Notes: generated from the letters alone by a model not told the origin. DNA of 64,000 bases from Candidatus Zixiibacteriota bacterium (GCA_020853795.1 JADYYF010000109.1:70181-134180), one strand, 5' to 3'. Shown: positions 1 to 10,205, numbered from the stretch's first letter. Numbers and translations: made by a program.

Positions 1-344
1 TCCAGACTGTCGGCACCCATCAGGAAATAGAACTCGGCGTCCGGAATCTCTTTGTGCAGCCGCTCCATCAAGGTCACAGTGTAGGATGGCGGCTTGAGAA
101 CTTCCTCGATGGCGGAAGCGCGGAAGCGATCGTTGCCGGCAATCGCCAGCCGGGTCATCTCCAGTCGATGCGCAAAGCCGGTGGGAATTACCTTGTGCGC
201 GACCGCCGGCGCAAAGGATGGCACAAACAAGACCCGGCTGAGCTTCAACTCATCCAGCGCCGATTGCGCCAAAATCAGATGCCCGATGTGAATGGGATCA
301 AACGCGCCCCCGAGTACGCCAATCTTTTCAGTCACCCTTCTCAC
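1..344 (-). CDS. nadD: Nicotinate-nucleotide adenylyltransferase NadD; 5' part only, gene continues beyond window start
   Basis: Reverse-complement translation of 1..344 gives VTEKIGVLGGAFDPIHIGHLILAQSALDELKLSRVLFVPSFAPAVAHK..., which carries the GxFDPxHxGH nucleotidyltransferase motif and the NadD N-terminus. Absent from the ORF track because it is truncated by the window edge. GTG start at about 335 or 344, overlapping the bamD-like stop. Confidence 0.8.
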   Translation of the reverse strand, partial: MRRVTEKIGVLGGAFDPIHIGHLILAQSALDELKLSRVLFVPSFAPAVAHKVIPTGFAHRLEMTRLAIAGNDRFRASAIEEVLKPPSYTVTLMERLHKEIPDAEFYFLMGADSL

Positions 345-1143
345 CGTTAAGTTGCGCGGCAGCGGTGGAGTCTTTCGCCGCCCGCGCCGCGATTTTACTC
401 TCCAGCTTGGCTTTCATCGCGGTCGCCTTGGCCGCTGCCGGCGCCTTGGGGAAGGCATTGAGCAGGTTGTTGAGCTTGTCGCGCGCGTCGGTAAGTTTGT
501 TGTCCTTCTCGTCGAGCTTCGCCAACAGCAGCAGCGCTTCCGGCGCAAACGGCGATTCGGGGTACTCGGTCACCAGGTCTTCCAGGTACAGCCGCGCTGA
601 CACGCGATTGCCCATGCGATAATACTGCCGACCCGCCAAGTACTGCTTGCTGACCAGCTTCTCAATCGCCCGCGACAAGAGCTGTTCTCCCTCGCTGCGG
701 CGGTCCGAGGCCGGGTAATCCTCCAGGAACGCTTTCAGTTCGCGGATCGCATCGTCATTATCGGACTGATCGAGACCAACGTGATTCGGCGCCGCTTCGA
801 AGTACGACTTGCCGATCATCAGCGCGGCGTCATCCAACAACTCCGAGCGCGGGAAGGAATTGATCAAGCGGCGGAATTCGGCCACGGCCAGATGATAGTC
901 CTCGTTGCCGAAGAACGTCATCGCGAAGTTATACTGGACGCTATCGATATAGCTCAGCCCCGGTGCGCTCAGCACCAGCCGCTGTAGCAGGGTCTGCGCC
1001 TTCTGGTACTTGCCCGCCTCCAGCTGCCGGAGTGCCTCGTCGTAGAGTACCCGCGGGTCCTGGCTCGATACCTGTGATTGCGAAGCGCATCCTGCCAGCA
1101 GCGCGGCCGTCAGCAGGAGCAATCCGATTGTGCGAAACTTCAT
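328..1143 (-). CDS. bamD: BamD/YfiO-like outer-membrane assembly lipoprotein with TPR-like repeats
   Basis: Lipoprotein signal peptide MKFRTIGLLLLTAALLAGC. Length 271 aa. TPR-like helical repeats (YQKAQTLLQRL..., YHLAVAEFRRLINSFP..., RQYYRMGNRVSARLYLEDLVTEYPESPFAPEALLLLAKL) typical of BamD. Confidence 0.65.
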   Translation of the reverse strand: MKFRTIGLLLLTAALLAGCASQSQVSSQDPRVLYDEALRQLEAGKYQKAQTLLQRLVLSAPGLSYIDSVQYNFAMTFFGNEDYHLAVAEFRRLINSFPRSELLDDAALMIGKSYFEAAPNHVGLDQSDNDDAIRELKAFLEDYPASDRRSEGEQLLSRAIEKLVSKQYLAGRQYYRMGNRVSARLYLEDLVTEYPESPFAPEALLLLAKLDEKDNKLTDARDKLNNLLNAFPKAPAAAKATAMKAKLESKIAARAAKDSTAAAQLNGEKGD

Positions 1144-1159
1144 CGTTCCCTTCCCAACT

Positions 1160-1774
1160 TCACCGTGAGGCGAAGAACAAATAGACCAGCGCCCCGGTGA
1201 TGCTTACGACAATCCCCGGTTCGACGACGCGTTGAAACAATGTCGGCGGCAACTCGGGCGATAACAGACTCCCGGGAGCGCGCGCCGCCCGCGCCTGCTC
1301 GAAGCTGAGCGTGTCGCGCACGGCGACAAGAGTCACTCCCGCCGCTCGCTGCACTTCGCCGCCAGGCTGGATGGTGCGGCCGTAACCCGCCAGAGCAAAG
1401 ACGCGCTCAACCTGTCCCTGTCGAAACAGGCCGGCGTCCGCATTGCGATAAGTAAGACTATAATCATTCACGTAGATCTGCAACAACAACTTCCCATCCC
1501 GTTCCTCACTCCCCAGATAGCCGGCAACTCCCTGGGCGTTCAGACGGCGCGCCAGGCCTTGGCGCAACGCTTCACCCAACGGGCCGGCGACGCTGTCGAT
1601 GGCCACGGCATCACGAGAGCCGACCAGCAAAGTCAAGATCAGACTGTCGGAGAACGTATCGATGCCCCGCTCGACAAATTGGCGATTGTCGATCGTCCCG
1701 GCCGCCGCGACGGCGACCAACAGAACGATCAGTAGCAGGCTAAATAGTAGGATCCTCGAAATCGTACTTTGCAC
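1160..1774 (-). CDS. Hypothetical N-terminally membrane-anchored protein
   Basis: N-terminal TM helix ILLFSLLLIVLLVAVAAAG followed by a soluble domain with no motif I recognise. Overlaps the next gene by about 35 nt. Confidence 0.5.
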   Translation of the reverse strand: MQSTISRILLFSLLLIVLLVAVAAAGTIDNRQFVERGIDTFSDSLILTLLVGSRDAVAIDSVAGPLGEALRQGLARRLNAQGVAGYLGSEERDGKLLLQIYVNDYSLTYRNADAGLFRQGQVERVFALAGYGRTIQPGGEVQRAAGVTLVAVRDTLSFEQARAARAPGSLLSPELPPTLFQRVVEPGIVVSITGALVYLFFASR

Positions 1775-2399
1775 AGAGCTCCTGGTAGCGCGCCATCACC
1801 TTCCGCAGATACTCCGAGGGGATTTGCTCCCCGGCCTTCAGGCGCGTGCGCAAATTGGTCTCACCCCAATTATATGCAACCAGAGCCTTGCGAACATCAC
1901 CGAATTTGAGGATCAATTCGAATAAGTAGCGGCTGCCCAGCCGGACGTTGTAGGCCGGGTCAAACAGCGAATCATTGCCGCGCCAGCCCAGGCCTGTGCG
2001 CCCCGCCACGTCGGCGGCCGTGGCCGGACGAATCTGCATCAAACCATGCGCCCCCTGATACGAAACCTGGCCGTTCTTCATCGAACTCTCGGTCAAGATC
2101 ACCGCCAGCAGCAGGCGCGGATCATAAAGGTAACGCTTGCTCTCCGAGTCGATCACCGCCGCCAGTGTCCCGATCTGCTCGGTCGTCAGCCCGACCTGGA
2201 AGTCCTCAATCACTTTGAGAATCTGCAGCTTCTCTTCCAGCTCCGTAATCCGCTTCTGCTGGAAGTGAATCGTCTGGCGATTGTCGTAGTACTCGTAAAC
2301 GAAATAGATGAGCACGCACGATTGGGCCAGATAAATCAGGAAGAACAGATAGGCGACGGGGCGCGAGAGTACGACTCCCAGTTTGCGTTCAAAACTCAT
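1740..2399 (-). CDS. Lytic transglycosylase (SLT domain), membrane-anchored
   Basis: N-terminal TM segment. SLT catalytic region ...AVILTESSMKNGQVSYQGAHGLMQIRPATA... (E-S ... GLMQI motif). Confidence 0.8.
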   Translation of the reverse strand: MSFERKLGVVLSRPVAYLFFLIYLAQSCVLIYFVYEYYDNRQTIHFQQKRITELEEKLQILKVIEDFQVGLTTEQIGTLAAVIDSESKRYLYDPRLLLAVILTESSMKNGQVSYQGAHGLMQIRPATAADVAGRTGLGWRGNDSLFDPAYNVRLGSRYLFELILKFGDVRKALVAYNWGETNLRTRLKAGEQIPSEYLRKVMARYQELCAKYDFEDPTI

Positions 2400-2408
2400 C
2401 TCAACCTC

Positions 2409-3740
2409 CTAACGGGGGGTGACGACATACTCGCCGACGAAACCCTCCGGGGTGAAGTCAGCGACGCGCACCGGATGGAAGCCAAGCGGTTGCGGCTTGC
2501 CCGCCGGCACGCGGATCGTGAAGTCGATCTCGGGGGCATCGCAGTAAAGGCGGCCCGTCAACGACATCGACGACGCGTCAAACTCCTCGATCAGCACCGG
2601 CAACTCCCGGCCGATCAGCGAAGCGTTGAACTCCTCAGCGTTCTCATTGATCAGCCGCGTCAGCTCTTCCTGGCGCTGGCGAATGATACGCTGCGAATGT
2701 ACGGTTTTGTAACGATAAGAAGCGGTTCCCTCTTCGTGGCTGTAGCCGAATACCCCGGCGCGATGAATCTTGTGCTCGACGACGAAATCGCAAAGCTCGT
2801 CAAAGTCCTTGGCGGTTTCGCCCGGGAAGCCGACGATGAACGTCGTGCGCCAGACCGTGTGCGGCAGCTTGGCGCGCAGCCGTTCAACCAGCTTCTCGAT
2901 ATGCTCGCGGTCGTAGCCGCGGTTCATCTTCTTCAGCAGTTTTGACGAGATGTGCTGAATCGGGCATTCGAGATATTGACAGAACTTCTCCGAAGACGCA
3001 AAGAAGTCAAGGATTTCATCGGTCAGGAAACGCGGGTGCAGGTAGAACGGCCGCAGCCAGAACCGGCCCGGCTTGTTCTCAATCATGGTCAACAGATCGA
3101 GCGGACGCCTGCCAAGGTCGAAACCGTAATAGGCCACGTCCTGCGCGATCAGATTCAGCTCGGCAACGCCGTGATCGAGCAGTCGATCAACGTCGGATTC
3201 AATCGCCTCCAGCTTGCGCGAGCGAAAATCGCCGCGCATCATCGGAATCGCGCAGTAGGAACAACGGCAGTCGCAGCCGTCGGCAATTTTCAGGTAGGCA
3301 AATGGCCGGTCGCGCAGCACCTGCACGGCATGCATCTCTTTATAGCGGCTCGGCGGCCGCGTGATGTAAGCCGAGTCGGCGTCCAGCACTTCGCCGATTT
3401 TCTCGAACTGGTCGATCCCGACCATTCCGTCGATTTCGGGGATTTCGGTCAGCAACTCGTTCGGGTAGCGCTGTGAGAGACAGCCGGAGACGATCAATCG
3501 CTGCTTCTTGCCGTTGGCACTCTTGACCGCCGCCAGCTTGAGAATCTCGTCAATTGACTCAGCCTTCGCCGACTGGATGAAGGCGCAGGTGTTGACCAGC
3601 AGATAATCCGCGTGCTCTGCCTCAGCGGTCACTTCGACGCCGCGCTGCTGCAAATGACCCAATATGACATCACCGTCTACCTCGTTCTTGGGACAGCCCA
3701 GACCCTTGAAGTAGACGCGTTTCTTACCATTAGATTTCAA
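2409..3740 (-). CDS. rimO: Ribosomal protein S12 methylthiotransferase RimO (radical SAM, MiaB family)
   Basis: N-terminal MTTase domain with GCPKN. Radical-SAM CxxxCxxC (CDCRCSYC). C-terminal TRAM domain. 443 aa. Confidence 0.85.
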   Translation of the reverse strand: MKSNGKKRVYFKGLGCPKNEVDGDVILGHLQQRGVEVTAEAEHADYLLVNTCAFIQSAKAESIDEILKLAAVKSANGKKQRLIVSGCLSQRYPNELLTEIPEIDGMVGIDQFEKIGEVLDADSAYITRPPSRYKEMHAVQVLRDRPFAYLKIADGCDCRCSYCAIPMMRGDFRSRKLEAIESDVDRLLDHGVAELNLIAQDVAYYGFDLGRRPLDLLTMIENKPGRFWLRPFYLHPRFLTDEILDFFASSEKFCQYLECPIQHISSKLLKKMNRGYDREHIEKLVERLRAKLPHTVWRTTFIVGFPGETAKDFDELCDFVVEHKIHRAGVFGYSHEEGTASYRYKTVHSQRIIRQRQEELTRLINENAEEFNASLIGRELPVLIEEFDASSMSLTGRLYCDAPEIDFTIRVPAGKPQPLGFHPVRVADFTPEGFVGEYVVTPR

Positions 3741-4363
3741 GGAATACGGACCTCTTCTACGCCGGCTGGGGTTTTGAAACGAAAGTCTTCCGGCTTCAGA
3801 GTTGCGCCCAGCTTCCAGTCGTGGAAGTCCAGGCTGATCTTGTTGTCGTTGATGTCCCGATACATGACTCTTCTAATCAAGTAAGTCTCTGGGTCAATCA
3901 ATACCTTCATCGATCGAACGTACTGGTCGTCCTTGAGCGAACGCAGGGACAGCCGATGGTACGGTTTCTTCTCGATCACTTCCGTGGAATCATAAGAAAG
4001 CTCGTAATGCTCCCTGAGTCTAAACAGATAATCAGCAGGAGTAACGAAATCGTCAAGTCTATTTGTGGGTTCCACGGTAACCTGACGATTTTCATCCGAA
4101 TACGTCCACAACGTATCGCCATCGGAGACAAAGACTTGTTCTGGAGTTTCGATCCTGTACTTTTTTGGGTATGCCAGCTTCATCGACCCCGTTGTACGCT
4201 CGTCATCGAAGAACTCGCCAGTCGAAACCACCTGTTCAAACTTAACAGAAAAGGTCTTCTTTTCTGAATAGACTGCCTCAGACTTATCAGCGATTTCCTT
4301 GGCAGTGATTGCCATTAACAGCGCCGGCAGCAAAGCCCACCAGACCAATATCCGAATCAACAT
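3737..4363 (-). CDS. lolA: LolA-like outer-membrane lipoprotein carrier protein
   Basis: Signal peptide plus about 200 aa LolA-like beta-barrel sequence. Sits immediately downstream of ftsK, the conserved ftsK-lolA synteny. By eye the GC (around 48%) is markedly lower than the flanks. Confidence 0.65.
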   Translation of the reverse strand: MLIRILVWWALLPALLMAITAKEIADKSEAVYSEKKTFSVKFEQVVSTGEFFDDERTTGSMKLAYPKKYRIETPEQVFVSDGDTLWTYSDENRQVTVEPTNRLDDFVTPADYLFRLREHYELSYDSTEVIEKKPYHRLSLRSLKDDQYVRSMKVLIDPETYLIRRVMYRDINDNKISLDFHDWKLGATLKPEDFRFKTPAGVEEVRIP

Positions 4364-4381
4364 CGTGGTTTATACCGTCGT

Positions 4382-6835
4382 TCAGACTGAAGGTTTGTCT
4401 TTTTTGAGCTGGTCGAGATAGCTCCGATCGACCAGGATCTCACGTGCCTTGGAGCCATCGTAGGGACCGACGACTCCCGCAGCCTCAAGTTGATCCATAA
4501 TGCGGGCGGCTCTCTGATATCCGATCCCCAGGCGGCGTTGCAGCAGCGACACCGATCCTTGTTTATGCCGGATCACTAATTCAGCGGCTTCGGGAAGCAG
4601 GACATCGTTATTATTGCGCTCGACGATCGCTTTCTCGGCATCCTCGGAGAAGGCGTCCATCGGTTTGGAATCGCCGGCATTCTCCTTGAGGAATCCTACA
4701 ATCGCCTCGGTCTCCTCTGAGGAGACATAAGCCCCGTGAACCCGCAGCGGTTCCGGCTCACCCGCCAGAAGTAAGAGCATGTCTCCCTGCCCCAAGAGCT
4801 TCTCCGCGCCGTTGGCATCGAGGATGGTGCGGCTATCAACCTTGGACGCCACCTGGAACGCGATGCGGGAGCTGAAGTTAGCCTTGATCAGTCCGGTGAT
4901 GACATCCACCGATGGCCGCTGGGTAGCCAGAATCAAATGGATCCCCACCGCCCGCGCCATCTGAGCCAGACGAGTTATCAGAAGTTCGATTTTTGACGCT
5001 GACGGCGACATCATCATGTCCGCCAGCTCGTCGACGACGATCAACAGGTATGGCAACTTCTCTGCGTCCTCGACCTTCGCGTTGTAATCGTCGAGCGAGC
5101 GCACCGACTGAGTCGCCAAACGACGATAGCGCTCCTCCATCTCATTGACAGCTCCGGCCAGCACCGATTCGGCCATTTTGGGCTTGGTAACAACCGGCCG
5201 CGCCAAAAATGGGATATCCGCATAAATCGACAGCTCCAGAATCTTGGGATCGATGAAGATGAACCGGAGCGTCTTGGGTGTGTGCCTGTACAGCAGGCTC
5301 GTGATAACCGCGTTCAGGCAGACCGACTTTCCTGAACCGGTGGCACCGGCAATCAGCAAATGCGGCATCCGGGCCAGATCAACCACATAGGGTGCCCCCA
5401 TCGTGGTCTTGCCCAGCGCCAGAGGCAGTTTGTATTTCGATCGTTGGAAGGCGTCGGAGTTGATTATCTCCCGCAAATAGACCTTCTGGGCTTTGCGATT
5501 GGGGATTTCAACTCCCACCGCCGATTTCCCCGGTACTGGAGCGATAATGCGAATCCGCGAAGCTTTGAGTGCCAAAGCCAGGTCATCGGCAAGGTTGACG
5601 ATCTGATTAATCTTGATGCCGGGGGCGGGCTTGAACTCGAAGCGCGTGATGATCGGCCCGGGGAATTTCTCGAGGCTGTTCGGAACGTACTCGACCCCGA
5701 AGGTCGTCAAAGTCTGGAGCAATGCGGCGCCGGTATCATAGAGGTCCATCACCGACTCAGATGGCTCGCCCAACGGCGGCATCTGCAGCAAATCGAGCGG
5801 CGGCATCAGGAAGCCGTCCTTGGAGACCCGCGTGGCGCGGACAATCTTGATCTTGCGCTTTTCCGCCTGATCCTCCAGCCGCAACGGCAACTGCTCCGGT
5901 TCCTTCCGCGGTGGGGGTGGTGTAACGGGCACTTCGTACACCGGTATCGCCTCCTCAGCGACTGGCTGAGCAGGATGCACCTCCGGTTCAAGCTCCGGTT
6001 CGATTGCCTTGGGAGGTCGCTTGATAAGCTCCCTCAGGCTCCCCATCCAAGTCTTCGACTGCTCCTTGAGATGAAACACTGCCGTCTTGGAGGAGCGCCC
6101 CGCAACCGATACTCCCGTGTCAAGACCCTTACGGATCGTTCCCGGCCGGAAGGGGACGATGGCAAAGAACAGAAAGATCAAGGTTGCGCCGAGAATTGCG
6201 AATCCGCCGGCGACGGCAAAAAGCGATTTGATCACCTGGGCGATCGACAGACCCAGCGCTCCGGACAGGCTGACCGTCAACGTCTCGGCAATGTGGGTGT
6301 TACTCAAGTCAAGCAGGTGGAGCAGCGTGCCCAAAACGAACACGAATGCAAAAACCACCAGCATCTTATTGCGAATCCACGAAGTCTGGTAGCCGAAGAG
6401 CATCTTCCAGCCGATCAGTATCAATACGAAGGTCAGAATAAAGGCGGAGCGGCCGACGCCGCGCAGAGTGTATTCTGCCACGAACGCACCGACGATTCCG
6501 GCAGCGTTTTCAACCCGCACATCAAGAAGCTCTGAGAAAGACAGTGAGCGTGGCTCGGGAAGTTCTTCATTGACGAGACTCTGCTCGCCTTGAGCCTGTG
6601 CCTGCTCCTGTTGGGCGGCGATTTCCAGCTCATCGCGATAGTCCCCCTCGCTGATGAGATAATCGGGGTCTTCACCGATGGTGGCCGGTGCGGCGGGCTC
6701 GGCGGGCGTAAACTGCTCAATGTCGCCCTGATGGTAGCTGGCGAGCGAGAGGAGCAGGAAGATCGCCAGGACAATCAACAGGAACCCGGTGATTTCGGGA
6801 CGATTGCCGGCGTGGAAAAAGGACTTTACACCCAT
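4382..6835 (-). CDS. ftsK: DNA translocase FtsK
   Basis: N-terminal multi-TM domain, Pro/Glu-rich linker, FtsK/SpoIIIE motor with Walker A GATGSGKSV, and a C-terminal gamma (winged-helix) domain. 817 aa. Confidence 0.95.
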   Translation of the reverse strand: MGVKSFFHAGNRPEITGFLLIVLAIFLLLSLASYHQGDIEQFTPAEPAAPATIGEDPDYLISEGDYRDELEIAAQQEQAQAQGEQSLVNEELPEPRSLSFSELLDVRVENAAGIVGAFVAEYTLRGVGRSAFILTFVLILIGWKMLFGYQTSWIRNKMLVVFAFVFVLGTLLHLLDLSNTHIAETLTVSLSGALGLSIAQVIKSLFAVAGGFAILGATLIFLFFAIVPFRPGTIRKGLDTGVSVAGRSSKTAVFHLKEQSKTWMGSLRELIKRPPKAIEPELEPEVHPAQPVAEEAIPVYEVPVTPPPPRKEPEQLPLRLEDQAEKRKIKIVRATRVSKDGFLMPPLDLLQMPPLGEPSESVMDLYDTGAALLQTLTTFGVEYVPNSLEKFPGPIITRFEFKPAPGIKINQIVNLADDLALALKASRIRIIAPVPGKSAVGVEIPNRKAQKVYLREIINSDAFQRSKYKLPLALGKTTMGAPYVVDLARMPHLLIAGATGSGKSVCLNAVITSLLYRHTPKTLRFIFIDPKILELSIYADIPFLARPVVTKPKMAESVLAGAVNEMEERYRRLATQSVRSLDDYNAKVEDAEKLPYLLIVVDELADMMMSPSASKIELLITRLAQMARAVGIHLILATQRPSVDVITGLIKANFSSRIAFQVASKVDSRTILDANGAEKLLGQGDMLLLLAGEPEPLRVHGAYVSSEETEAIVGFLKENAGDSKPMDAFSEDAEKAIVERNNNDVLLPEAAELVIRHKQGSVSLLQRRLGIGYQRAARIMDQLEAAGVVGPYDGSKAREILVDRSYLDQLKKDKPSV

Positions 6836-6956
6836 AGCGCCAAATCTACCCGCTGTTTATGCGGGCGTCAACAAGAACAAAAAAATTGCGGATGGCAGGA
6901 GAACAGCTGCCGCCTTGGACCCGACGTTTGTGGTCCCGACTGATGAAGCTTGGCGA

Positions 6957-9900
6957 TTATTGCTGGAAAGCGCCGATCCCGCCGAAGAGGGCGTCGCGGA
7001 TGCCTGATTCCGACTTCTCGAACTTGATGTCAGGAAGCAGCTTGACGTTGATCTTGAAGTAGTAGCCTTGGCGCGAGCCATCTGGAATCCAGGTGAAGCT
7101 CCCCTCCCAGCAATGGAGATCGCGATAAAGCTCGACGACGCGCTCCGTGCTTTCCTTGCCCCGGACATTATAATTCTGACGATACTGCAAGCGCCAATTC
7201 TTTGACGGCGAAAACGAGACCGCGAAGTCGATCCAGTGCGAAATCGAGGTGCGGCCGTCGATGAAGCGGTTTTCGCTGTAGCGCTCGGAGATCGAGTACT
7301 GCACCCGTGATTTCCCTGCCGCGGCCTCGGGGTCAAGCGGATTGGCCGCGATCGCCTCTCCCCGTCCGATCGGGAACATAAACGCCCCCGCGTAGCCGGT
7401 GCTGATACTGACCGTGCGCAGATAAGGACTCCACCAGCGCAGATCGCCGGTGCTCGGATTATACAGATCGTGGGTCATCGTCACCTGCATCGTCAGATTA
7501 CGGATGCTCGGAGACCGCAGACTTGAAGTCACATTCGACCACTTGCGCGTCGACGCCTCGAGGTTGTAGTTGGCGGAAATGTCGTAGTTCAGGAGACCGA
7601 CTTTGATCTCTTTGTCGCCCTTCATATACTTCAACTGGAAGGTATTGCTGACGCTCAGGCTGAGCGACCGCGAGCGTGAACCGCCGCCGCCGTAACCGGT
7701 GAAGCGGGCATACTCCTGGTTGCGCGTAATCGCCGGCTGGTAGTTGAAGGACACGTTGGGCGTGATGACATGCCGCAAGCCCACAATGCCGAAGACATTG
7801 GGCGCAACCGTGCCGTAGAGATTGGTCTGCAGGCTGACCGACGACGACCAGCTTTGGCGGCTGTGCAACGAATTGGTCTGCAGGTCGGCACTGTCGGCCT
7901 GGTCCGAATACGGCAAGTAGTACCAGTCGTCGCGGAACGAGATCGACGGCGACAAGGTCAGCACGCCGGCAGCTTTGAGCGGCGCATTCAGGCGCACCCC
8001 CTGGTCGAAGACGGCGTACTTCTTGCGCGAAGCCAGGCCATTGACCTCGAACTTGCTCCGCGAATTCTGCAGTCGGTTGTCGTAGGCGAAGTAGATGTCG
8101 TGATACCAGCGTTTGTCGGCCGTTTCCTTGGGTGAACCGAATAACTGGCGTTGCGGCAGGCTGAAGCTTACAGTGGGCAGGCGCTCGGAATGCGAATTGC
8201 GGTCGAGGTCGCGGGTCTGATCGACCGCCGCCGATAGCGAAGCCCGTTCCCAACTCTTGGAAATACTCATGTTCGAGGTGATCTGGCGCTGGAGACGATT
8301 GCTCAGGTCGGTAGAGTAATCAGTGAAATAGCGACTATCGGAAACGAATGTGCCGGAACCGGAAATCTTCACCGTTGGATCGAGCGTCTGATTGTGCGAA
8401 AACGTCAACTGCCCGCGCGTGCGCCGGGCGCGGTTAGTCCCGGAAAACTCGGTCTCGCGCGTGTATGAGCCGGAGATCGCGCCGCTGAGTTTGTAACGCA
8501 CCGCGTAGCGCGCGCCGGCATTGAATTTCAGACCGAAGTCGGAGACATCCACCGAAGTCTTCAGGTCCCAGTAGTCGCTCATCGCCCAGTAGTAGCCGAT
8601 ATTGTTGACGAACCGCGAGCCGCGCTCAAAGTTGCCGATCTGGAACGGCAGGAAGCCGGAGTGGCGATCCTTCTTGATCGAAAAGACAAAATACGGCAAC
8701 GCCAGCACCGGCAGCGTCTCGACGTAAAGCACCACCGGCCGCGCAAAGACTTTGTCGTCGGTCTTCAGCTTCATGCTCTTCGACGCGAAATGAAAATGCG
8801 GGTTGGAATCGTCGCAGGTCGTGTACCAGCCGTCTTTCACCAGGAATTCCCCTTCTTCCTCCTTGCGCAAGTCCTGACTCGAATAGTACGCCTGCTCCAG
8901 CTTGGTGCGGCTCTCCTTGATTTTGCCGCGGCGCGTGTTGAGATCGAAGACAAGCTGATCGCCCGTGATCGCCTCCGGACCGTCGCGTAACGTGAGCGGA
9001 ACATACCTGTGCGCGGCGGTGTCATCCTCGGCGTAGGCGTAAACAATCTTGCTGTTGAGATGATAGTCGATGCGATCCGCCTGTAGATTCATGCGCTTCT
9101 GCGTGACCTCGGCGGCCGTGTACAGTTTGATGATATTGTCGGCAATCTTGAACTTGATGCGGTCGGCCTTGTACGCAATCGTATCGACCGCCGTGACCTT
9201 GCCCAGCGAATCGCGGGCAGCGTCAGTCATGTAGTCGCCCTCCGCCGAAGTCACCACGGAGACTTCACTGAGTTGCCCGTTGATGAAGAGCAGCATCGTG
9301 GAATCGCCGGAGGCGACATTGCTGCTGCGCGCGGTGGTGTCCTCCGGCGCCGGCGTGTAGTAGGTGAAGCTGTTCCCCTGCGCCTTGATGACGTGGAGGA
9401 GGTCATCGGCAAAGAAGAAGTCGATCCGGTCAGCCGTAAGACGGCTCTGGTTGTACACGATCGTGTCGAGATCGGCCGCGGCCGGCTGGCGGAAAATCGC
9501 TTCGCCCTTTTCGTAGACTTCAATTTTCTCCAGATTCTTCTCGCGCGACTGGATGATCATCCGGCGGCCCGATAGTTCGCTGGCACGCTGCGAGGCGTGC
9601 ACCCTGCCGGTTAGCGTGATCTCTTCCCCGTCGATGCTCATGCTCGCCGTGTCGGCGGTCGCCTTCAGCGAACCCTGGAGAATCTTCACGGCTCCGGTGG
9701 CGTCGACGCGCTCCTCTCTGGAAAACATGCGGATCGTGTCGGCGGTGACTTCCGTCGGCACCCGCGGCTGGTCGAAGTCAACCACCAATTGGGGCTGGTC
9801 GGTGATAAGCATCGCCTGTTCGCGATCCTGGAAGATCGCTTTGCCGCCGGCAACGCGGACGTGGCGACGACGGTCTTCCACCACGACGCGACCCCAGGCG

Positions 9901-10205
9901 CGGGCGATTTCGGTGCGCTGATCATAGTACAGGCTATCGGCGCCCAAAATGCGCCCCGGCTGCTCGATCCGGACATTGCCGATTAGCCGGACATACTCCT
10001 GCGCCTCGTAAAGCACGGCATAGTCGGAGCGCAGATCGCTGGAATCCTTGACGAAGTGCACGTTGCCGATGAATTCCACCACATTGCCGATGGCCGTTTG
10101 CGTCGAGCGTAACTGGTCGGAGCCTTCGATACGGATCTTGCCGGCATGAGTGGTGCTCGGAATCGCAAGCAGCAAAAGGAGGGCAAGAGACGGCAGTCGA
10201 TGCAT
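6957..10205 (-). CDS. lptD: LPS-assembly protein LptD (OstA), large FCB-type form
   Basis: Signal peptide. Repeated OstA/LptA-like N-terminal beta-jellyroll segments (IRIEGSDQL..., ADTIRMFSREERVDATGAV..., ADRIDYHLN...). A large C-terminal beta-barrel ending ...WEGSFTWIPDGSRQGYYFKINVKLLPDIKF. Confidence 0.8.
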   Translation of the reverse strand: MHRLPSLALLLLLAIPSTTHAGKIRIEGSDQLRSTQTAIGNVVEFIGNVHFVKDSSDLRSDYAVLYEAQEYVRLIGNVRIEQPGRILGADSLYYDQRTEIARAWGRVVVEDRRRHVRVAGGKAIFQDREQAMLITDQPQLVVDFDQPRVPTEVTADTIRMFSREERVDATGAVKILQGSLKATADTASMSIDGEEITLTGRVHASQRASELSGRRMIIQSREKNLEKIEVYEKGEAIFRQPAAADLDTIVYNQSRLTADRIDFFFADDLLHVIKAQGNSFTYYTPAPEDTTARSSNVASGDSTMLLFINGQLSEVSVVTSAEGDYMTDAARDSLGKVTAVDTIAYKADRIKFKIADNIIKLYTAAEVTQKRMNLQADRIDYHLNSKIVYAYAEDDTAAHRYVPLTLRDGPEAITGDQLVFDLNTRRGKIKESRTKLEQAYYSSQDLRKEEEGEFLVKDGWYTTCDDSNPHFHFASKSMKLKTDDKVFARPVVLYVETLPVLALPYFVFSIKKDRHSGFLPFQIGNFERGSRFVNNIGYYWAMSDYWDLKTSVDVSDFGLKFNAGARYAVRYKLSGAISGSYTRETEFSGTNRARRTRGQLTFSHNQTLDPTVKISGSGTFVSDSRYFTDYSTDLSNRLQRQITSNMSISKSWERASLSAAVDQTRDLDRNSHSERLPTVSFSLPQRQLFGSPKETADKRWYHDIYFAYDNRLQNSRSKFEVNGLASRKKYAVFDQGVRLNAPLKAAGVLTLSPSISFRDDWYYLPYSDQADSADLQTNSLHSRQSWSSSVSLQTNLYGTVAPNVFGIVGLRHVITPNVSFNYQPAITRNQEYARFTGYGGGGSRSRSLSLSVSNTFQLKYMKGDKEIKVGLLNYDISANYNLEASTRKWSNVTSSLRSPSIRNLTMQVTMTHDLYNPSTGDLRWWSPYLRTVSISTGYAGAFMFPIGRGEAIAANPLDPEAAAGKSRVQYSISERYSENRFIDGRTSISHWIDFAVSFSPSKNWRLQYRQNYNVRGKESTERVVELYRDLHCWEGSFTWIPDGSRQGYYFKINVKLLPDIKFEKSESGIRDALFGGIGAFQQ

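Noticed and set aside
2046-2945. Long plus-strand ORFs throughout the window (for example 2046..2945, 5360..6535, 10290..11189, 11128..12048, 18826..19752, 21375..22376, 26002..27204, 31962..33116, 36334..37221, 39446..40639, 49330..50589, 50658..51467, 60017..61210, 62298..63170)
   Set aside because: Each lies antisense to a minus-strand gene with unambiguous homology. Their translations are Arg/Ala/Gly-rich with no recognisable motifs, as is typical of stop-codon-poor antisense frames in high-GC DNA.
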